A program made the translations under genes and the position numbers. Below the pieces are notes generated by a model. That model was given only the letters and a program-made list of their open reading frames with translations. It made no database searches and was not told where the DNA came from. From an uncultured Candidatus Saccharibacteria bacterium (GTDB lineage: Bacteria; Patescibacteriota; Saccharimonadia; Saccharimonadales; CAIOMD01), in contig OY970318.1 of the NCBI GenBank assembly GCA_963716565.1, forward strand, positions 385,934 to 449,933: a stretch of DNA of 64,000 nucleotides, in the 5' to 3' direction. Below are positions 58,501 to 64,000 of the stretch, piece by piece (positions within the stretch are counted from its first letter, which is position 1; each line of letters begins with the position of its first letter).

Positions 58501-61500
58501 ATAGCCGGAACCTGCAAGGCCACCGAGCTGATCATCAGCCAGGACGGCAGTCGGCGAAGCGGCAGTTCCCCTTGCCCTTCTTGCAACAAACGCAGAACCG
58601 CTTGATGTGCCATAACTACTAAGTGTCATTTTTAGGTCAGCATCACTCGACAACTCTAGCAAAGAACTCGGGGCTGTCGTCCCTATCCCAACATAGCCAC
58701 TGGTATTCATGACGCTTAATCTATTTACGTTGTTGGTTCTAAGATGAAAATCATGTGACGTCATAGATCCAGCAAAAACACTACTACTACCACCCGAAAC
58801 ACCCATAACAAACTCTATATCATTTGTTACGTCCCTACCCATAAAATATGCTTGACCGGAACCCTGCACAGAAATGGCTGAGTCCATTTGTGCTTGACTT
58901 ATAAGAGCTGGAGAACTTTCTATGCTTTGCCCGGGTTGCACAACTGAAAGACGAAAAGTTGGAGCCGTAGTGCCAATACCAACATTGCCATTCATCATAA
59001 AAGCTGAATATGTTCCATCGCCGTTCAAATAGGCGGGTTTAGCGTTTGAATATAAAGCATAGCTACTACCGGCTAGGTCAGAAGCAGAGCCAAGAGTCGC
59101 ATAACCAGATGAGTTCACCCTACCAGTAACAACGGATGCACCATTGCCAAACAAAACCCCCCCCGTACCAGCATCGTAACTAAGGTAGACGGAACCAGTA
59201 CTATAAGGATTAAGAACTAAATTATTTGTCGCGACTCCTCTTATTGATGGAACAGTCGGCGAGTTAACACCACCCGAGTAAATATCTAAATAGCTACCAA
59301 CACTTAAATTCTGCCTTGGGGCTGTATTGCCACTGATACCAATATTCCCACTACTATCTATTACTAGCCTGTCATTAGTACCTAATGCAGTGGTAGAGAT
59401 TTTGAATTTATCACTATCGCTATCATCTACACCAAGCGTAAAAGTATTTGTGCCATCGGCCAGCTCAAAGCCGATTTGGGCATCATAGCTACCGGCATTG
59501 ATGTTGGAAACTGTCAACTGGGTATTAGCCGCCGTAGCACTCATAACTTCTAGTCTTTGGTCGGATGAAGAGTCGCCGATACCAACATTACCGCTACTTA
59601 ATATTCTCATCGATTCCGTAAGGGTTGAATCCGTTACGTTGCGTCGAGTAGAAAAGATAATATCCCCCCTGGTGTTACTACTGCCGTCGGTGACGTATCC
59701 TTTAATTGCAGCAAATTTCCACTGTTGGCTACCAGCACTGAAAACAATAGCCCCTCCGTTTCCGACTGCTCCTCCTGCACCACCATCTAATAGCAAAGCG
59801 CCTCCCATTGCCCCTGCTGTATTAAAATCTCCAGTAGTTTGACCAGTTCCTGTCACAACAAGCTGAGATTGGGGGTTGGTAGCTCCTACTCCCACATAAC
59901 CATTGTTTAGAATAGTCATAGCCGTAGTCGCACCAGCGTCACCAACCTTGAACTGTAAGTTAGCGTTAGTTAGGGTGTTGCCAGCTACAGCCGAGTTGCC
60001 TTGTAGGGTTAGAGTACCATTAGCAGCTGTTGAACCGTAAACGGTTGGGGTAGTTGTGGATGTGGCGAAAGTTGGGTTGTCGACAGTGCTAATCGTTACG
60101 GTGTCAGTAGCTCCAGCTACGGTAGTGATGTTAGTACCTTGAGCTATGGTAATAGTGTCGGTGTCGGTAATGGATTGGGGGGTACCACTGCTACCGGCTA
60201 GGGTTAAGGAGTTCATGCCACTGCCACCTACTCCACAAGCTCCCCAGCTAGGTGCCGCTCCAGTAGTGCCAATTAGACATTGGCCAGTTGCACCGGCGGC
60301 TGTAGCTTGGATAGCGCTAGTAGTATTGCCGTACAGAACGCCGTATTGAGCGAAGGTAGCGGCACCAGTACCACCGTTAACTACGTCTACGGTAGCTACG
60401 GTACCAATTACTCCAGCCGCCGTGTTAGTGACTATGCCAGCAGTAGATAGGTTGTTAACCGTTAGGCTACTAGCCGTTAGGCCACCATTGAAGGCGGAAG
60501 CTGTAGAAGTATTAGCCCCTCTACCAGTAACGTCAGCTAGGTCGTCGGCTTCGGCAGTCAGGTAGCTGCCAGCTGGTTGTTTGTTATTGAAGATATTCCA
60601 ATCGGTGTCGCTTAAAGCACCAGTGGTAGCAGCCGAAGCTAGAGCTAAGCTGAGTTGTTGGGTGCTTAAGCCCAGTCCGTTAGCGGTACCTAGGGTGACG
60701 GCACTATGTAAGTCGCTAGTTAAAGCTACTACGCCAGTAGCGGCTGGTAGGGTTAGAGTGTAGTTGTTAGCTGAGGTGTTAGCCGTAGCAATAGTAGTAA
60801 CGCCAGTGGATGTACCTTTCATGGCCAGCATAGAGTTGTCGAAGGTCTTTAGAGCAGTAACGCTTTGGGCAGTACCCAGTAGCATGTCCCCTACACTCCA
60901 GCTGCGGTTAGCCGTTAGATCATAGCTGGTGCCGTTAATGCTGAGAGTTCGGGAGGTGGGGACGCCACCACCTGGGCACACATCCCAGCTAGGAGTAGTA
61001 TTAGAGCCAGACAATAAACACAGTCCAGCGGTAGCTGTGCCAGATAATACTTGCATTTGAGTGGCGCTAGTCCAGACAATACCACCATTGCTGGCTGTTA
61101 GGTCAGCGTTAGTGCCACCGTTAGCCAGTGGAACAGTAGCTACGGTACCAATTACTCCAGCCGCGGTGTTAGTGACCATGCCGGCGGTGTTAAGGGCAGA
61201 AAATGTTATTGTTCCAGAGCTAGTTATGCCAGCAGCTGCAGCAATTTGACCGCTAGTATTTACCTGGAATAAATCGCCGCTACCAACCGTCAACATGGCT
61301 AATGGAGAGGTATCGCCAATGCCAAAGTTGCCAGCCGCAAACCTACCCCATTCAGTAACAAGACCTGTAGTGCCAGCTCCAAAAATCATCGGTCGGCTAG
61401 ATGAACCATTAAGAATATTTAGGCTTGTAGTAGCCGAGGAGGCACGTATAAAAGCCGCTGATGGATTTGAGGTACCACTAGAACTAAGACCTATTTCTAT

Positions 61501-62478
61501 AATTCGACCAGTATCGTTTACCGCTTGTATAGACGCAAAAGCGTTTGTTCCATTGGAAGCGTTCGTAAAGCTAATCCCCCGGTACCAGGAATCACTATTT
61601 ACCCTAACATCTAGCGGATAGCTCGGAGTGCTAGTGCCAACACCTATAGCTGTATCAAATATACCCGTACCACTTATCCAAAAATTGGCCGTTTGGGCTG
61701 ATGTGTTCTGGTTTTGAATATAATTACCACTTCCTGAGCCAGCCAAAGCAAAATCACTGGCCTCATAACCATCTAGTAGATCAGCGTTAAGATTAGTGAC
61801 CTTGTAGTTAGAATCTACCCCAAATGGGGCTGATGAACCAGCAGTACCACCATTGAAGGCTGGAATGCCAGTGACTACTTCGTTCTGGTTGAGATTGAAG
61901 TAGTTAGCCTTGGCTGTTGACCAACTGGGATCGGTTTCGTTAGTTAGAAAGCCCGATACATTGACAGTCGGAATGTTGATGTCTGGGATGTCAATGACGT
62001 CACCGCTGTTGCCGGCCGTAACGATCATCTGGTATTCATCGCCATCGTAGAAGTACAGCTGGTTGGTTTGGTTGTCGACGTAGATTTGGCCAATGACAGG
62101 GTTGGCTGGAGCTTCACTGGGAGTAACTACTACCGAACCGTTAACTCGAAGATTACCATTGATGTCTAGTTGGCTGATTTGGCCTAGGGCGGAGGCAAGG
62201 TCGGTGCCAGAACTATTAATTGGCAAGGATAACAAAGTGTAAGCACCGTCTTGGCTAGGGCCGGTCTGCGAAGCCTGTCGCATCTTGCCAGCCAAAGCAA
62301 CCAATAAGACTACCAACAAGCTGGTAAGCACAATAAATAACACAGGCCACATTCTCTTTTTCGAAGGGTTGGCCTCAACAACAGACGCTCGCAGCACAGG
62401 ATGTTCTGGTAATTTTGAAGCCATCGCCGTTGTAGGGCGCGGGTTTTTCACTGGTTCTTCGATATAATCAATATCCAC
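55540..62478 (-). CDS. giant fibre protein G4 (2312 aa): distinct cytoplasmic N-terminus, TM anchor, tail-fibre-like repeats, ~12 GNVGIGTTxP-headed beta-repeats (no propeller), S74 chaperone domain (variant A), C-terminal beta module
   Basis: GTG start at 62478 (an ATG alternative lies at 62424). After the TM it shares the G1-type tail-fibre N-terminal region. The repeats are GNFGIGDTSP/GNVGIGTTAP/GNVGIGTTNP/GNIGIGASSP... C-terminus has the same SDERLKKDITTYGDALNQ... block as G1 (~55960-56250), followed by NGHIISAGETPTIVAGVAAGEGAVTEVLGNDTSGTITITTG...YIFDYVVIE. Confidence 0.8.
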   Translation of the reverse strand: MDIDYIEEPVKNPRPTTAMASKLPEHPVLRASVVEANPSKKRMWPVLFIVLTSLLVVLLVALAGKMRQASQTGPSQDGAYTLLSLPINSSGTDLASALGQISQLDINGNLRVNGSVVVTPSEAPANPVIGQIYVDNQTNQLYFYDGDEYQMIVTAGNSGDVIDIPDINIPTVNVSGFLTNETDPSWSTAKANYFNLNQNEVVTGIPAFNGGTAGSSAPFGVDSNYKVTNLNADLLDGYEASDFALAGSGSGNYIQNQNTSAQTANFWISGTGIFDTAIGVGTSTPSYPLDVRVNSDSWYRGISFTNASNGTNAFASIQAVNDTGRIIEIGLSSSGTSNPSAAFIRASSATTSLNILNGSSSRPMIFGAGTTGLVTEWGRFAAGNFGIGDTSPLAMLTVGSGDLFQVNTSGQIAAAAGITSSGTITFSALNTAGMVTNTAAGVIGTVATVPLANGGTNADLTASNGGIVWTSATQMQVLSGTATAGLCLLSGSNTTPSWDVCPGGGVPTSRTLSINGTSYDLTANRSWSVGDMLLGTAQSVTALKTFDNSMLAMKGTSTGVTTIATANTSANNYTLTLPAATGVVALTSDLHSAVTLGTANGLGLSTQQLSLALASAATTGALSDTDWNIFNNKQPAGSYLTAEADDLADVTGRGANTSTASAFNGGLTASSLTVNNLSTAGIVTNTAAGVIGTVATVDVVNGGTGAATFAQYGVLYGNTTSAIQATAAGATGQCLIGTTGAAPSWGACGVGGSGMNSLTLAGSSGTPQSITDTDTITIAQGTNITTVAGATDTVTISTVDNPTFATSTTTPTVYGSTAANGTLTLQGNSAVAGNTLTNANLQFKVGDAGATTAMTILNNGYVGVGATNPQSQLVVTGTGQTTGDFNTAGAMGGALLLDGGAGGAVGNGGAIVFSAGSQQWKFAAIKGYVTDGSSNTRGDIIFSTRRNVTDSTLTESMRILSSGNVGIGDSSSDQRLEVMSATAANTQLTVSNINAGSYDAQIGFELADGTNTFTLGVDDSDSDKFKISTTALGTNDRLVIDSSGNIGISGNTAPRQNLSVGSYLDIYSGGVNSPTVPSIRGVATNNLVLNPYSTGSVYLSYDAGTGGVLFGNGASVVTGRVNSSGYATLGSASDLAGSSYALYSNAKPAYLNGDGTYSAFMMNGNVGIGTTAPTFRLSVVQPGQSIESSPALISQAQMDSAISVQGSGQAYFMGRDVTNDIEFVMGVSGGSSSVFAGSMTSHDFHLRTNNVNRLSVMNTSGYVGIGTTAPSSLLELSSDADLKMTLSSYGTSSGSAFVARRARGTAASPTAVLADDQLGGLAGSGYGVSTWGTETAAAIKMFAAENFTESARGSYFTFSTTAIGATAKSERLRIDSSGNVGIGTTNPTGIFEVMKAGAGRTRGALLVNDKDVTIGQLSSTASDGTILNVVNRLGASYFNVNTITGTSYFTGNVGVNTTTPLTKLDVAGSGRFTGAATSVLTGSIDPTASTTVTGVGTLFTTELVVGDRITVTGETRTVTAIASNTSLTVNTAFSDNANDASPDKLPAILIARDSSNAVALVVNDLGNVGIGTASPSYRLNVSDQVAASGPTVGIGVTQTQVNTADTADMSLVVARTLTASSASNQAVFRNSRFIVGNNLTGGGAISSMRGIEVYTNTSASTATTELVPLYIYQGTVAGTVTTGKGIYIDGVQANTNKVGININSLAGATNNTYLLMGTSTAPSGSFGIYNSSANNNYFAGNIGIGASSPDSKLTLSGTDSSAAAGPHIKIFTSADTYPLYQQLNQSHDNMAMAFDSYFNGTNWISSDAGSNYQLQKNSDYFSLLYSSGVAAGSTVSSWNVGFRVTTAGYLGIGDISPDQKLEVMNTGTALTQITVSNTNAGDYDSQIGFELTDGTNLFTMGVDDSDSDKFKISTTGLGTNDRLVIDSSGNMGIGTGSPITTLGRSLHVYNTANTGDVASNATVVVESVNRNASYLAVISSTGTSSWLAYDSGLSTIYGGVYVSTNSGSPYTAIYSNNAERLRVNSAGNLGISNTSPGYLLHVGSASVADGTAVARFENAGGTCTVTPNTAGGITCTSDERLKKDITTYGDALNQILGLRTVSYHMLADAETDTLHVGFIAQEYEQLFPDLVYTDAQGIKSISYAGLTPYLATAIQQQQQTIEELSSRVATLSSNLQYNSDLNLTTITGNLTVTGNVQVANLSVNGHIISAGETPTIVAGVAAGEGAVTEVLGNDTSGTITITTGKNVLADKLVELIFNRPFGKQPRVILTAGDANAAELNIFRGASSDGFTINLTQLPQENTTYIFDYVVIE

Positions 62479-62631
62479 CGCCAGCCCTACCCTTTCACCT
62501 TAGTCGAAGAGATCAAATTATATATCATTTGCCTTTTGGTTTGTTTACCCCTCATACAATCTGTATACATTTTCTCTGCATTTACTCTCTATTACAAGAT
62601 AAAAATACACTTTTTTTGTTCAATAAAATAA

Positions 62632-62645
62632 CCCTCGAAAGAGGG
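62632..62645 (-). terminator. putative intrinsic terminator for the upstream minus-strand gene (hairpin CCCTC-TTTC-GAGGG followed by TTATTTTATTG on the minus strand)
   Basis: Plus strand reads aaCCCTCgaaaGAGGGcatttt. A T-rich tract follows on the minus strand, ~165 nt downstream of the 62808 stop. Confidence 0.4.
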
Positions 62646-62807
62646 CATTTTAACCAATTATACGTAGTTTAAGCAACAACGGTACAGATTAAAAAGTTCA
62701 TATAATTATAGATACCATCAGTTGAAATCGTTGTATTAATTATAACTAATACAGATTGCGCATATGCTTTATCCACACATCATTGCATTAAACTAAATAA
62801 GATATGT

Positions 62808-63671
62808 CTATAGCGTTATTACAAGATACATTGACGCGACCGCTATAACTGCTATTAGAGCCGTCATGGACATAGCCTGGGCCAAAGAGCCATAAATTGT
62901 GGATTTTGCCAGCGGATTACGGCCAGCGGCAATGATAGAACTTTTAACAGAGCTATAAGCGATTACTATTATAGATATAAGCCCAATTATTGCGATGGCC
63001 ACGCACACAGTCAAGCGCAAAGCCGAAACTGGTTTGCCTGCAATTTTAGCAGCCCACTTCTCTATTGCGTTTAAATCGTTATCTTCATTAGATGTTATTG
63101 AATTTACCCCAATTTGGATGGGAATATAACCAACATAAACGTCTATAGTCCTGCCTTGATCATCTATGGCCGTTTCTTCTTGTGCATTTTCACTATTCTG
63201 GCTAAAGGCTGCTTGGGCAACGCCTATCACCCTATCGCCATCCTGAGCTTTAGCACCTACACCGTTTATTGATGATTGGGCGATAAAGTCGCCAGTACTG
63301 ATATCGCCAGCAAGATTGGTCACTATAGCCATGGCTTGACCGCTTATTGCAACTTGTACTTTGTTACTTTCTGAATTAACCGCTAGCAACGAATCTCCCA
63401 ATTCGACAGCTACCCCTAATAGGTATTCACTGTTTTGCTTGCTGGCCAATACAACCTCTTTGTCATCGTCTTTGCTTAAACTTACCAGATTACCCGATAC
63501 AATCTCTTCTTCGGTAGAAAAGGACTTAGAAAGATTCTCGGCAGCCGCAATTGCAACAATACCCGTAACTCCCGTAGCCAAGAAACCTAGGGTGCAGATC
63601 CCAATAATACTTACAATTCTGCTCGTCGCCTGTTTAAAACGCGCCAGGTTGTGCTTAGATATGACTTTCAT
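62808..63671 (-). CDS. membrane protein, function unknown (N-terminal TM, ~200-aa extracytoplasmic domain, two C-terminal TM helices)
   Basis: 287 aa with hydrophobic segments at aa 20-45 and 225-285. No recognisable motif. Confidence 0.4.
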   Translation of the reverse strand: MKVISKHNLARFKQATSRIVSIIGICTLGFLATGVTGIVAIAAAENLSKSFSTEEEIVSGNLVSLSKDDDKEVVLASKQNSEYLLGVAVELGDSLLAVNSESNKVQVAISGQAMAIVTNLAGDISTGDFIAQSSINGVGAKAQDGDRVIGVAQAAFSQNSENAQEETAIDDQGRTIDVYVGYIPIQIGVNSITSNEDNDLNAIEKWAAKIAGKPVSALRLTVCVAIAIIGLISIIVIAYSSVKSSIIAAGRNPLAKSTIYGSLAQAMSMTALIAVIAVASMYLVITL

Positions 63672-63747
63672 AGATTATAGGACCCACCCAATCATTTTAT
63701 AAACATTAGCCTAACCAGATTTTATATCGTTTACTCTAAGCGCGCAA

Positions 63748-64000
63748 TTATTTAACACTAATCTCTTTAATCGAGATTCTGGTTTTTTGCTGGCGATGCC
63801 CTTGTACTTTTTTAACTCTCTTTTTAGCTTCAAATCTAATAGATAGGACCTTATCGTCTTTTACCATGGATTCAACAACTTCGGCGACCACCTTCGCACC
63901 TTCAACAACAGGCTGACCGACTAATGTCTTGTCGCCATCTATAACCAATAAGGGTTGGAATTCTATAGCTTTTTTATCTTTTATTAGTTCAATATCAACA
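63748..64000 (-). CDS. rplU: 50S ribosomal protein L21, C-terminal part (gene continues past window end)
   Basis: ..VVEGAKVVAEVVESMVKDDKVLSIRFEAKKRVKKVQGHRQQKTRISIKEI matches the L21 C-terminus (..GHRQ..T...I). Confidence 0.65.
   Translation of the reverse strand, partial: VDIELIKDKKAIEFQPLLVIDGDKTLVGQPVVEGAKVVAEVVESMVKDDKVLSIRFEAKKRVKKVQGHRQQKTRISIKEISVK

Noticed and set aside
35772-62478. Prophage or DGR explanation for the giant-gene locus
   Set aside because: There are no integrase, terminase, capsid, portal, baseplate or lysis genes. There is no reverse transcriptase or template repeat. The proteins carry cellular N-terminal TM anchors and are flanked by parAB and ribosomal genes.
1-64000. 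tRNA, rRNA, CRISPR arrays
   Set aside because: I found no tRNA T-arm or cloverleaf candidates in the intergenic spaces, no rRNA-like conserved stretches, and no regularly spaced direct repeats outside the protein-coding repeats of the giant genes.

Overview
The window reads like a small-genome, monoderm-type bacterium (Patescibacteria/CPR-like; inference). Coordinates 1-35.7 kb are almost entirely minus-strand housekeeping genes. They include xseA (partial), rpmA, a GT-C glycosyltransferase with GtrA, ctpA, a PcsB-like CHAP hydrolase, ftsX/ftsE, prfB, an M16 peptidase, secA, hpf, serS, a Cas4-like nuclease, rsmE, a heliorhodopsin, lysS, a sortase, greA and proS. The run continues with a CPBP protease, rseP, uppS, a polyprenyl synthase, frr, tsf, rpsB, rpmE, prfA, prmC, an LCP protein, lepB and parAB. 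Many genes in the first ~19 kb are broken by frame disruptions: the UPF0104 protein, an RNA methyltransferase, the GT-C N-terminus, ftsE, prfB, the M16 peptidase, secA, the heliorhodopsin and lysS. No gene from 19-64 kb is broken. parB ends in TGA, so TGA is a stop and RF2 is required. I therefore suspect local sequencing or assembly indels rather than true loss of function. Coordinates 35.7-62.5 kb hold the striking locus: four tandem, co-oriented, paralogous giant genes of 1975, 2136, 2184 and 2312 codons, visibly more G+C-rich than their surroundings. Each has a short Pro/Thr-rich cytoplasmic N-terminus and a single TM helix (type-II anchor). A long stalk of phage tail-fibre-type motifs follows (IYVDNQTNQLYFYDG; NADLLDG.EASDFA; ...TLPAATG...; GNVGIGTTxP). 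A variable distal module follows: a Kelch propeller in one copy, a 7-blade SBBP propeller in two, and a long run of GNVGIGT-type repeats in the fourth. Each ends with a peptidase-S74 intramolecular-chaperone autoproteolysis domain plus an extra C-terminal module. The copies are mosaics with kb-scale identical blocks, an identical ~190-bp leader upstream of two copies, and two S74 variants. I read them as a recombining family of cell-anchored trimeric fibre adhesins built from domesticated tail-fibre parts. I found no tRNA, rRNA, CRISPR, reverse transcriptase or phage capsid/terminase genes.
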